A stretch of DNA of 64,000 bases from Mobula hypostoma (taxonomy: Eukaryota), in the NCBI RefSeq assembly GCF_963921235.1, contig NC_086097.1:221404001-221468000 (forward strand), written 5' to 3'. Shown piece after piece: positions 42,510-54,094 of this stretch; within the stretch, counting starts at the first letter, position 1; each line of letters opens with the position of its first letter. Made by a program: the position numbers and the translations under genes. The notes below the pieces were generated by a model, which saw only the letters and a program-made list of their open reading frames with translations, made no database searches and had not been told where the DNA came from.

Positions 42510-42910
42510 GCTCCAGGGGAAGAAATGTAATCTAAGTAACTTTGACTGTGGAATGGTTGTGGTGCCAGATGGGGTGGTTTGAGAAACTGCTGATTTCCTG
42601 GGATTTTCATGCACAGTTTCTAGAGTTTACAAAGAACGATATGAAAAAAAATCCAGTGAGTGGCATTTCTCTGGGCAAAATGTTAATGAGAGAGGTCCAG
42701 AGAATGACCAGACAGGTTCAAGCTAACAGGACGGTCATACTAACTCAAATAACCATGTATTACATACAGAAAAGCATCTCTGAACTCACAGCACGTTGAA
42801 CTTTGAAGTGGACAAGCTACAGCAGCAGAAGATCACAAACATACAGGAATACACTCAATGGATACTTTATTAGGTATCTCCTCTACCTAATAAAGTGGCC
42901 ACTTGGTGTA
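42510..42910 (+). mobile_element. Tc1-like transposase N-terminal remnant ending in a TIR-TIR hairpin
   Basis: GKKCNLSNFDCGMVV…ETADFLGFS…VSRVYKE, SISE.TAR.TLKW..YSSRR. Hairpin at 42850-42910: tacactcaatggatactttattaggta / tacctaataaagtggccacttggtgta. Confidence 0.75.
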
Positions 42911-43011
42911 ATTATAGCCCTCTAATCCAGAGCAACATCTGGTGAATCTTTCTGTTGTCTCTCAGTTGCTACAACATCCTTGGTGCTATATGGTGACCAG
43001 GACCATGCATG

Positions 43012-43298
43012 ATACTCTTTATACTTTATACTTTATTATCGCCAAACAATTGATACTAGAATGTACAATCATCACAGCGATATTTGATTCTGCGCTTCCC
43101 GCTCCCTGGATTACAAATCGATAGTAAATAGTAAAAATTTAAATTATAAGATCATAAGTAGAAAATAGAAAAATAGAAAGTAAGGTAGTGCAAAAAAAAC
43201 GAGAGGCAGGTCCGGATATTTGGAGGGTACAGCCCAGATCCGGGTCAGGATCTGTTCAGCAATCTTATCACAGTTGGAAAGAAGCTGTTCCCAAATCT
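43012..43298 (-). mobile_element. Rex1/Babar 3' end, same subfamily as 21849-22785
   Basis: Closely matches 21849-22150 (tacaatcatcacagcgata..tgattctgcgcttc, gagaggcaggtccggatat). Confidence 0.85.
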
Positions 43299-45609
43299 GA
43301 AGATCAACTCTAGGTGTTGTCTAACCACCATCTCGTACAGCTGCAACATGACGCCTGACTCTGATTCCCAATGACTCGGCCTCTGAAAGCAAATGCCTTT
43401 TAAGTACCTTATCTCCTTATCACCATTTTCAGGAGGATATTGACTTGCAACAGTGTCCCCTAGATCCCTGCCATTTACTCCTATTTATTCTCCTCATTTT
43501 CCCACCAACTTGCCTCAGATTCTACCGCCCACCCAAAAGGCTGTGAGTAGTGACCAATTAACCTGTTAGCCCACATGCCTGTGCTGTGGGAGGAAGCCAG
43601 AGCACCAAAGGAAATCATACAGTCTCAGGGAGAATGTGTATGCTCTATACCACCAGCAGCTGTTATGACTGCAGATTGCAAGTTGAAGAAAAATATTTCA
43701 GAAAAGATGAAAAGTGAATAACTCTCCTTGAAGACAGAACAGAAATATGTAACATAAATATCAGAATCAGAGAACTGATTCTTTGGTAAGAACTGACACT
43801 GTTAAAGTGAAACTGACATTTAAATATCATTACAAATAATTGCTTTGAAATTCAGTACTAGTTCATACAAAAAACAAATATTAACAGATTGCTACCAGCT
43901 TCATTGACTCCATTGAATTTCCTGGCTATTTCTGGTTCTAAACAGAATATTTAGTGCAACCAAATCATCTTTCAGTATTAGTAAACTTTGCCTTACTTGT
44001 AACTCATGGTATTAGGTGACTCAGGCAAATCAACATTCTAAAAACCCAGCAGATTTGGTGCAAAGGAGGATGAGAAATTACTTGATATTTGGTATATAGG
44101 ATTATAACAGATAGAGTGGACAATCGATGCTTTTTTCTGAGAGCAGCTATCCTTTTAAGTTGAGTGGAGATGGCAGGGATAGGGATTTCTTTGGCACACG
44201 GAATAGTAAGTGTCAGGAATGCACTGCAAGGGGTGATGATTGAGGCTGATACATTACCGACATTTAAGAGACATAGATAGGCACATGGATGAAAGATAAA
44301 ATGGAGGGTTATGGAGGGAAGGGTTAGATAGATCATGGAGTAGGTTAAAATGTCAGTGCAGCATCAGTGGCCAAAGAGTACAACAAATAGTAACAGATAA
44401 TTGCTTTGAAATTCAGTACTAGTTCATACCAAAAACAAATAGTAAAAGACTGCTACCAGCAAATATATGTAAGCTCTGGGAAAAAGACACTGGCTGTCTG
44501 CTCTATCTATTATAATTTTATATAGCAAAGGAGCCTCTCATCCTCCTTTGCTTCAAATATGCCATTTTAAAAAATTTCAGCACTGTGCTACATATTATAA
44601 ATCTGAATCACTATTACAGATATTCCCTTTATTCTATCCATCCCTTCCAACACCTTTTCTGTTTATTAAAACCACCTTATTCTTCTTTCTTTCCGAGATA
44701 TGATGAATGGTACCCAAGGTATTTCTCTGAGTGTTTCTTGAATTTTCTGTTTTTAAAACTTTAATATATCTTTCTTTTTCTGAATTGGTTACTATGAGCA
44801 GTCCCATGAATAAGAAAATTGAATTATGTAGTCAGACAAAGTATTAAAAAATGTTGGAGCAGAAAAGGCAAATTCCAGAAATCCACAAAGTTCTGAATTT
44901 TCCATTATCATTTCTGATTGCCTAAAGATAAAATATGGATCAGACTTAGCAACACGACTGCAAGAGATAAGCAGATGTTGGGTAACTTAGGGTAATATTG
45001 AAAAACTCATTTCATTCGGGACAAATGTTCAGGACAAAAAAAAACTTCTGGCATTACCTGTGAAACTGATAGCAGTGTCTGGTTTCCTGTCAATACTTGG
45101 GACATAGAAATGCAGCAGCTGCTGCTGTCAATAACCAGGCTGTGTTTCATGGAATTTAGTGAAGTTCTGGCCAGATTCCTTCTACTTGCATAATAAATAT
45201 GACAGGTAGGTCTATCTATTGTCCATGGAGCAGTCTTCCCTCAATTTGAGTTGAAGGGGATGGCCATGAGACTGACTGGTATGAGTTCAGCAATTTAAAA
45301 GGATTCTGGTATACTATAATTTTAAAAAGATTTGCTTAGTTCTTTCCAAGAATGTTCGACAAAACCTCTTAGCTCACTAATTTAGATATTTATATAAAAT
45401 TCAATGTCTGTTGCAGGAGTTTGAAAACACAAGTCATATAGTAATACATATGGAAACAGACACTACAGGTAGGGCCAAGTGTGAGATAGAAACATAGAAC
45501 CCTAGAAAACCTATAGCGCAATACAGGTCCTTCAGCCCACAATGCTGTGCCGAACATGTCCTTACCGTAGAAATTACCTAGGGTAATTACCTCGACGTAC
45601 CTGGCACAG

Positions 45610-46370
45610 ATGTGGCCAGGTGAGATGTTTCACTTTGCGAGGACAAATCAGGGTAGGACTTACCCAGTGAGAGGTAGGGCACTGAGATGTGTGGTAGGAC
45701 AAAGGGATCTGGGAATACAGATCCATAATTCTTTGAAAGTAGCGTCACAGGTAGATAAGGTTCTAAAGAAAGCTTTTGGCCCTCATGAATCAAAGTATTG
45801 AGTGCAGTACTTGAGATGTTATGTTGAAGTTTTATAAGACATTGGTGAGGCCTAAATTGGAGTATTGTGTGAAGTTTTGGTCACCCACAGTACCTACAGG
45901 AAAGATATTCAATAAGATTGAAAGAGTGCAGAGAAAATTTACAAGGATGTTGCCAGGACTTGAGGACCTGAGTTATAGGGAATGATTGAATAAGTTAGGA
46001 CTTTATTCCCTAGAACGTAGAAGCTTGAGGGGAGATTTGATAGATGTATACAAAATCATGAGGGGTAGTTAGGGTAAATGCAAGCAGGCTTTTTCCACTG
46101 AGGTTGGGTGACACTGCAACTAGAGGTCATAGGTTAAGAGTGAAAGGTGAAATGCTTAAGGAAAACATGAGGGGGAACCTCTTCACTCTGAGGGTGGTGA
46201 GAGTGTGGGATGAACTGCCAGCTTCAACATTTAAGAGAAATTTGGATAGGTATATGAATGGGAGGGGTATGGAGGCCTATGGTGTGACTGTAGGCCAATG
46301 GGTTTTGGCAGATTAACACTTCGACACGGACTAGAGGAGATGAAGGGCCTGTTTCTGTGCTGCAGCAAAC
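45610..46370 (+). mobile_element. CR1 3' part, preceded by a reversed CR1 tail (45485-45590)
   Basis: QRDLGIQIHNSLKVASQVDKVLKKAFG and TRGHRLRVKGE..K.NMRGNLFT.RVVRVW.ELP. Confidence 0.85.
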
Positions 46371-47749
46371 TCTGACTCCGCAGCCCAACTGGTTCGTGCG
46401 GCCAGGACTATAGGGAGAGGATAGTCAGCCACAGCATCCTTCCTGTTACTGCTGGTTGCCTGCACTTGGCAAATAAGCCTCCAAGTTCCTCACCTCCACG
46501 TACCTATCCACTGCCTCTTAAATGTTGCAATGTATCCATTTCCTCTGGCAGCTCATTCCAGGTACTCACTACTTGCTGTATAAAGAAGTTACCTATTAAG
46601 TCTCATAAATATCTCCTCTCTTATCTTGTATCTGTGCCCTCTAGTGCTGGAGAAATGACTATGACTGTACACCTTATCCATGATTTTATAAACCTTTGAG
46701 TTCATCCCTCATTCTCCTTTGCTCCAGGAGATCAGACCCCACATGGTCAACCTCTCTCTATAGTCCTGGTATTATCATCAGTCTCTTCTGCTCCCTCTCC
46801 AGCTTGACCATGTCTCTCCTATAACACGGTGTCCATAATACTCCAAGTGCTATCTCACCATTGACTGGTATAACTGCAACGTTATGTCCCTACTCCTAAT
46901 CTCATTGCCCTGACTGATGGAGGCCCACATGCTAAATGCCTTCTTCACCACCCTGTCTACTTGTACAGCTGCTTTCAATGAACTGTGGTCCACAACACTC
47001 AGCAGTGCCCTGCCATTCTCTGAACAAGTCCTACCATAGTTTGAATGTCCAAAATGTATCAGCTCACATTGATACAAGTTGAAATGCGTTCGCCATTGTT
47101 CGGCCCGTCTCTCTAACTGATCAAGAACTCACTGCAATTCAATGCAAATTGCTTCACTCTCAACAGGACTGCCTAATTTAACGTAATTAGCAAGCTTGCT
47201 AATTGTGTCATGTACATATATAAGTGAAGAATAACAGAGATTCCAACACAGAACCCTGGTCACCCCATTAGTGGCAAGCCTCCAGGTAACCACGATTACC
47301 TTCCTCACTAGCTCCCCATGAATCCTATGCGATTAACCTGCCAGATCAGCCTGTTATGTGGGACTTCATCAAAGGCCTTACTTAAGTCTGCATAGATAAG
47401 ATCCACTGACCCACCGTAATCCTAAATCACCTCTTTATGAAATTTTAAAAGAACCATCAGACATGACCTCCCATGCACAAAACCATGCTGAATGGTCTGA
47501 TCGGGCCATGATCAGCTCCATCATGGGTACTATCCATTGTATCCAAGACATTTTCAAGGAGCAGTGCCTCAGAAAATGGCGTCCATCATTACGGACCCCA
47601 GCTACCCAGGGCATGTGCTCTTCTCATTGTTACAGTCAGGAAGGAACTACACAAATCTGAAGGCACACACTCAGTGATTCAGGAATAGCTTCTTCCCCTC
47701 TGCCATCTGATTTCTAAATGGACATTGAACACATTAACACTACTTCACT

Positions 47750-48522
47750 CAACACAGATCAAAGTTGCTGGTGAACGCAGCAGGCCAGGCAGCATCTCTA
47801 GGAAGAGGTACAGTCGACGTTTCAGGCCGAGACCCTTCGTCAGGACTAACTGAAGGAAGAGTTAGTAAGAGATTTGAAAGTGGGAGGGAGAGGGGGAGAT
47901 CCAAAATTATAGGAGAAGACAGGAGGGGGAGGGATGGAGCCAAGAGCTGGACAGGTGATTGACAAAGGGGATATGAGAGGATCATGGGACAGGAGGCCCG
48001 GGGAGAAAGACAAGGTTGGGGGAACCCAGAGAGTGGGCAAGGGGTATAGTCAGAAGGACAGAGGGAGAAAAAGGAGAGTGAGAGAAAGAATGTGTGTATA
48101 AAAATAAATAACGGATGGGGTACAAGGGGGAGGTGGAGCATTAGCGGAAGTTAGAGAAATCAATGTTTATACCGTCAGGTTGGAGGCTACCCAGACGGAG
48201 TATAAGGTGTTGTTCCTCCAACCTGAGTGTGGCTTCATCTTGACAGTAGAGGAGGCCGTGGATAGACATGTCAGAATGGGAATGGGATGTGGAATTAAAA
48301 TATGTGGCCACTGGGAGATCCTGCTTTCTCTGGCGGACAGAGTGTAGGTGTTCAGCGAAGTGGTCTCCCAGTCTGCGCCGGGTCTCGCCAATATATAGAA
48401 GGCCACATCGGGAGCACTGGACGCAGTATATCACCCCAGCCGAATCACAGGTGAAGTGTCACCTCACCTGGAAGGACTGTTTGGGGCCCTGAATGATGGT
48501 AAGGGAGGAAGTGTAAGGGCTT
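47750..48522 (-). mobile_element. 5'-truncated Penelope-like element with open GIY-YIG endonuclease frame (48141-48434) and 12-bp TSD
   Basis: VIYCVQCSRCGLLYIGETRRRLGDHFAEH…LEEQHLILRLGSLQPDGINIDFSNFR*. TSD cactacttcact at 47738-47749 and 48523-48534. Confidence 0.92.
47812..47847 (-). ncRNA. Minimal type I hammerhead ribozyme motif (intact core)
   Basis: Minus: agtc-CTGACGA-a-GGG-tctcgg-CCT-GAAAC-GTC-gact. Stem I agtc/gact, stem II with one G-U pair. Confidence 0.75.
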
Positions 48523-49243
48523 CACTACTTCACTATTCTTTTTCACTATTTCTATTTCTGCACTACTTAATTTAACTATTTACTTACTGTAATTCATTTA
48601 TTTTTTTCTATGTTTATGATGTGTTGCATAGTACTGCTGACGCAAAGTTAACAAATTTCATGATATATGCCGATAATATTAAACATTCTGACTATCCAAA
48701 TGATAGTAAATCTTGTCCCTCAAGAATTTCCCCATATTTTCTCGTTAAATAAAGTCAGACTCACTGGCCTATAGTTCCCTAGACTGTCCTTGCTACTATC
48801 CTTGAAAGTAGAACAACATTGGCCACCTTTCAGTCTTCTGAACTTTTCCAGTGGTTAATGATGAAGCAAGTACCTCTACCAGGTCCTCTGTGACTTTTTC
48901 TCTGGCCTTCCATTAGGTCTGGAGGTGTGCTCGGTTAGGCACTGAGGATTTGCCCACCTTAATGCACTTCAAGGCTGCAAATATCTCTTACCTCATAATA
49001 TGCATATTTTCAAATACCATATCAGCTATTATCCTCATATCTTCAACACATGATATTCTCCTTTATAAACACTGAAGTAAAATGGACATAAAAAACCTTA
49101 GCCGTCTCCTGTGGCTCCACACTTAGGCAGCCCTGCTGGGCTTTAAGAGGATCTGGTCTGTCCCTAGTCACCCATTTATTGTTTATATAACTGAAGTATT
49201 TGTTGGGATTATCTTCAATCTTGACTGCCAATTCATCTCATAA

Positions 49244-49374
49244 ATACGAGAAAATCTGCAGATGCTGGAAATCCAAGCAACACATATGAAATGCTGGAGG
49301 AACTCAGCAGGCTAGGCAGCATCTATGGAAAAGAGTAAATAGTTGATGTTTTGGGCAGAGACCCTACATCAGGA
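49244..49374 (-). mobile_element. Solo Penelope-like terminal repeat with 10-bp TSD; hammerhead core mutated
   Basis: TSD catctcataa at 49234-49243 and 49375-49384. Minus gtcCTGATGTagggtctctgcccAAAACATC. Confidence 0.8.
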
Positions 49375-49788
49375 CATCTCATAACCTCTTATGACCCTCC
49401 AGATTTCATCTTTAAGTGTAGTTTATATTTATCGAGGGATCCATTTGTACCCAGCTGCCTAAAAGTGATGCATGCTTCCTGCTTTTTTCCCTACCAGAGC
49501 CTTGATCTCTGATGTGGTATGTCCACACTTCCCCCAAATAGGAACATGTTGCTACTGGACCTTGATATGACTCTTTTAAGGGCCTCCCAATTATCAACTG
49601 TTCTTTTGCCTTTAAATAGAACCACCCAGTCAGCCCCAGGTGGATCCTGCCTAATGTCTTCAAAGTTGGCCCTGCTCCAGTTCAGGACTTCAACTTGTGG
49701 ACTTGCACTGTCTTTCTCCATAACCATTTTAAAACAATTAGAATTAAGGTCACTGGATCCAAAGTATTCCCCAAATGCCAGTCATTTA

Positions 49789-52660
49789 CGGCTATGTGCA
49801 GAGCCAAAAGAGATGGGGGTGATTTTGAACAATTTCTTTTCTTCGGTATTCATTAAGGATAAGGATATTGAATTGTGTTAGGTAAGGGAAACAAGAAGGG
49901 TAGTTATGGAAACTATGATGATTAAAGAAGAGGAAGTACTGGCGCTTTTAAGGAATATAAAAGTGGATAAGTCTCCGGGTCCTGACTGGATATTCCTTAG
50001 GACCTTGAGGGAAGTTAGTGTGGAAATAGCAGGGGTTCTGACAGAAATACTTCAAATGTTATTAGAAACGGGGATGGTGCTAGAGGATTGGCGTATTGCT
50101 CATGTTGTTCCATTGTTTAAAAAGGGTTCTAGGAGTAAATCTAGCAATTACTGGCCTGTGAGTTTGACATCAGTGGTGGGTAAATTGATGGAAAGTATTC
50201 CTAGAGATGGTATATATAATTATTTGGATAGACAGGGTCCGATTAGGAACAGTCAACATGGATTTGTGTGTGGAAGGTCATGTTTGACAAATCTTATTGA
50301 ATTTTTTGAAGAGTCTACTAGGAAAGTTGACGAGTGTAAAGCAGTGGATGTTGTCTATATCAGGGGTCCCCAACCTTTTTCACACCGCGGGCCGGTTTAA
50401 TATTGACAATATTCTTGCGGACCAGCCGAACGGGGGTGGGGGTAGGGTTGCCAACAGACAAGAGTAGCAGTCAAATACGTTGAGTTTACCCCGAGAAAGA
50501 CTACAATGACCATGAAGCCTTGCGCGGGCACCAGTGCGCATGCGTCACCTACCGATATTTTTTTTCCCCTCTCCCCCTCCTTCTACAAATCGTTTTCGGG
50601 ATTCTGTTCGAGTGGGGGGTGTTAATCACGACCGGAATATAGGTGATAAGTGGCTAATACACTCAATTTCGTTTCTAAAAGGGTTTATCAAGTAAGCGTT
50701 GAACGAACTTCCAGTAGAAGAGGCAGTGGCAGGTTCGATATTATCATTTAAAGAAAAATTGGATAGGTATATGGACAGGAAAGGAATGAAGGGTTATGGG
50801 CTGAGTGCAGGTCGGTGGGACTAGGTGAGAGTAGCGTTCGGCACGGACTAGAAGGGCAGAGATGGCCTGTTTCCGGGCTGTAATTATTATATGGTAATAT
50901 AAGTAAGTCAATAGCATCATAACATTTTAAGTATCGTTTGGATATTAAACACACAGCACATATTTTCTCCGTATGAACATATAAAATCATTGCAACACAC
51001 CAATATCGCTGAATCAGTGGGAGCCCTGGGCTTGTTTCCCTGCAACAAGACGGTCCCATTGAAGGATGACGGAAGACAGCGATACTCGAAGGGGGTTCCT
51101 TATGTCATTACGCAATTTAGTTTTCGTTGCATTCAATGCAGAAAACTCCGGTTCGCAGAAAAATGTTGGAAATGGAAACAACGTTTTCAGTGCTTTCGTG
51201 GCTATCTCAGGATATTTAGCCTTGACTTTGATCCAGAATGCCGGCAGAGATGTTATGTCAAACATACTTTTCAGCCCGCCGTTATTTGCAAGGTCGAGGA
51301 GTTGATCTTCTTCCCGCGCTGACATGGATGACGCGTGCGTAATGACCTCGCGTGCGTTCAAGCGCAATAGTGCATGACAGGGAATGAGGAAAGGTGCAGC
51401 TGAGTCATATCGCCAAATCATATCGTTTCCTCACGGCCCGGTAGCACATGCTTTGCGGCCCGGTGGTTGGGGACCGCTGGTCTATATGGACTTCAGTAAG
51501 GCCTTTGACAAGGTTCCACACGGAAGGTCAGTTAGGAAGGTTCAATCGTTAGGTATTAGTATTGAAGTAGTAAAATGGATTCAGCAGTGGCTGGATGGGA
51601 GATGCCAGAGAGTAGTGGTGGATAACTGTTTGTCAGATTGGAGGCTGGTGACTAGTGGTGTGACTTAGGGATCTGTACTGGGTCCAATGTTGTTTGTCAT
51701 ATATATTAATTATCTGGATGATGGGGTGGTAAATTGGATTAGTAAGTATGCAGATGATACTAAGATAGGTGGAGTTGTGGATAATGAAGTAGGTTTTCAA
51801 AGCTTGCAGTGAGATTTAGGCCAGTTAGAAGAGTGGGCTGAAAGATGGCAGATGGAGTTTAATGCTGATAAATGTGAGGTGCTACATTTTGGTAGGACTA
51901 ATCAAAATAGGACATACATGGTAAATGGTAGGGCATTGAAGAATGCAGTAGAACAGAGGGATCTAGGAATCATGGTGCACAGTTCCCTGAAGGTGGAATC
52001 TCATGTGGATAGGGTGGTGAAGAAAGCTTTTGGTATGCTGGTCTTCATAAATCAGATCATTGAGTATAGGAGTTGGGATGTAATGTTGAAATTGTACAAG
52101 GCATTGGTAAGGCCAAATTTGGAGTATTGTGTACAGTTCTGGTCACTGAATTATAGGAAAGATGTCAACAAAATTGAGAGAGTACAGACAAGATTTACTA
52201 GAATGTTACCTGGGTTTCATCTCCTAAGTTGCAGAGAAAGGTTGAACAAGTTGGGTCTTTATTCTTTGGAGCATAGAAGGTTGAGGGGGGACTTGATAGA
52301 GGTATTTAAAATTATGAGGGGGATAGATAGAGTTGACGTGGATAGGCTTTTTCCATTGAGAGTGGGGGAGATTCAAACAAGAGGACATGAATTGAGAGTT
52401 AAAGGGCAAAAGTTTAGGGGTAACATGAGAGGGAACTTCTTTACTCAGAGAGTGGCAGCTGTGTGGAACGAGCTTCCAGCAGAAGTGGTTGAGGCAGGTT
52501 CAATGTTGTCATTTAAAGTTAAATTGGATAGATATATGGACAGGAAAGGAATGGAGGTTTATGGGCTGAGTGCAGGTCGGTGGGACTAGGTGAGAGTTTG
52601 GCACGGACTAGAAGGGCCGAGATGGCCTGTTTCCGTGTTGTAGTTGTTATATGGTTATTT
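49789..52660 (+). mobile_element. 5'-truncated CR1 LINE interrupted by a hAT transposon
   Basis: ORFs 49906-50400, 51384-51668 and 51852-52589 rejoin as AVDVVY|MDFSKAFDKVPH; KYADDTK motif. Confidence 0.92.
50361..51479 (-). mobile_element. hAT-Charlie/Buster-type non-autonomous DNA transposon carrying a CR1 3' end (50697-50900)
   Basis: TIRs caggggtccccaacc / ggttggggaccgctg. Perfect 8-bp TSD gtctatat at 50353-50360 and 51480-51487. hAT dimerisation-domain peptide FWIKVKAKYPEIATKALKTLFPFPT..CE..FS…KTKLRN…KQAQGSH*. Confidence 0.92.
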
Positions 52661-53124
52661 ACTTGGTCTGCCTCAGTCCCTAAGATGATGTCCAGTATTG
52701 CTCCTTTCCGAGGAGGTTTCTCTAGATACTGTGTGAAGAACATTGTCTTGGATGCACCGTACAAATACTGCCCCATCCAGGCCCTTTGCTGTTTGGGCAA
52801 AGCAGTTTAAGAAACATTGTTTTTCTTATTTTTTGACATTCTTACTTCATTGCTTTTATAAAAGGATGTAGTCTGATTAAAACATTAGTTGTGTGCTAAA
52901 TGGGAATTTAATCCTACTGTTCAATGGCACTAAACCAGTATTTTTAGATGGTTCACTGCCTTCATAAATGCTAATAATGTGAGTTAGAATTCTAATCTTC
53001 TATCAGTTGGCTTCTAGCTCTGTAACATCCTGCACTCTGATTATCTTGTTCCCCTATTCCCAGTCTCCTGTGCAGAAAGCTCACCAATGCCTCTACTTCG
53101 TCAGGAGACTAAGCCTTACCAGCT

Positions 53125-53473
53125 TTTATTGATGTACAATTGAAACCTATCTGGTTGCATAATGGCTCGGTATGGCAACTGCTCTGCATGTGACGACAAT
53201 AAACTGCAGAAAGTTGAGAACACAGTTCAGCACACCATGGAAGTCAGCCTCTCTTCTCTATTCTTCATGCAGCCAGCATAATCAAAGGATCCACCCATCA
53301 TGGACATCCTCTCTTCTCCACTCTTCCACCTGTAGCTGTTACACTTTATTCAGCATTTCCCTTGTGCTACCTCTATACAATGTGTAATAATTTGATTTGT
53401 ATGAACCATATGCAAGCCAAGCTCTTCATTGTATTTTGGTGCATGTGACAATAATAAAGCTAATTCCAATTCC
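53125..53473 (+). mobile_element. Decayed Rex1/Babar 3' end
   Basis: GCI.A.YGNCSA…KLQKV.NT.QH; tail gtgacaataataaagctaattccaattcc. Confidence 0.65.
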
Positions 53474-54094
53474 ATCAGCTCATCACTAATGCGTTAACTA
53501 TATCAAGATGATAAGAACCAAATCTGTGTTGGGTAAAGTCAGACCTTCACTGCACCTGTTGCTCATTCTGTACATCCTTGTCCCCTCCCTCCTACCTTCT
53601 CCCTTTCTCTCTCTCACCTTCTTTTCCCTTCCCACGTTACACTCCCATCTAATTTTCCATTCCATTTCTCTCTCTCTCTGAATCAGTCCCTGACTTTGTC
53701 CTTTCTCACAGGACATCCTTATGTCAGGATTTACACAGCATATGTATATTAAGAGAGAGGACTGTCCAGTTCCCTCAGGTAGTGCCAGGTTATTTTAGAA
53801 TAACTGGTGTTACTAGAGAGTTCTGATTCAATTCCTTGCTGTTGTCAGTATTTAGACATGCAGTTGAGTTCTCATCGGCAAACTCTCAAATGCACAGGCA
53901 CAAACAAATAATACTCTTCCAGCTACTAATGAGTGATGTTGCTATTCACCTTGCTGCATCAGTTATTCCACAGGGTTGGAAGAATATTCACGTATTCATT
54001 CGGAAGGAGCTGATCAAGGAGTGGACAGTTGCAGGAAGTATCACAAGGGCATGAAGGTGCTACCTACATGTGATCAGGTAGCAGGCTGCCAGAG

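Larger units (their letters stand above)
47500..48690 (+). mobile_element. Rex1/Babar 3' end, split by a Penelope insertion
   Basis: SSIMGT..CIQDIFKEQCL; ttcaggaatagcttcttcccctctgccatc; tail acaaatttcatgatatatgcc.ataatattaaac. Confidence 0.8.
46480..52810 (-). mobile_element. Old CR1 (pieces 46480-47480, 48690-49785, 52660-52810) split by younger insertions
   Basis: Collinear minus-strand peptides FTQYLEKPPRKGAILDIILG, VLNWSRANFEDIRQ, KIEDNPNKYFSYINNK, SSLKAAVQVDRVVKKAF. Confidence 0.75.

Noticed and set aside
45050..45075. Possible recursive splice site tttcacag|gtaatg on the minus strand (similar ttttacag|gtgaat near 15740)
   Set aside because: Short pyrimidine tracts with competing upstream AGs; not distinguishable from chance without RNA data.
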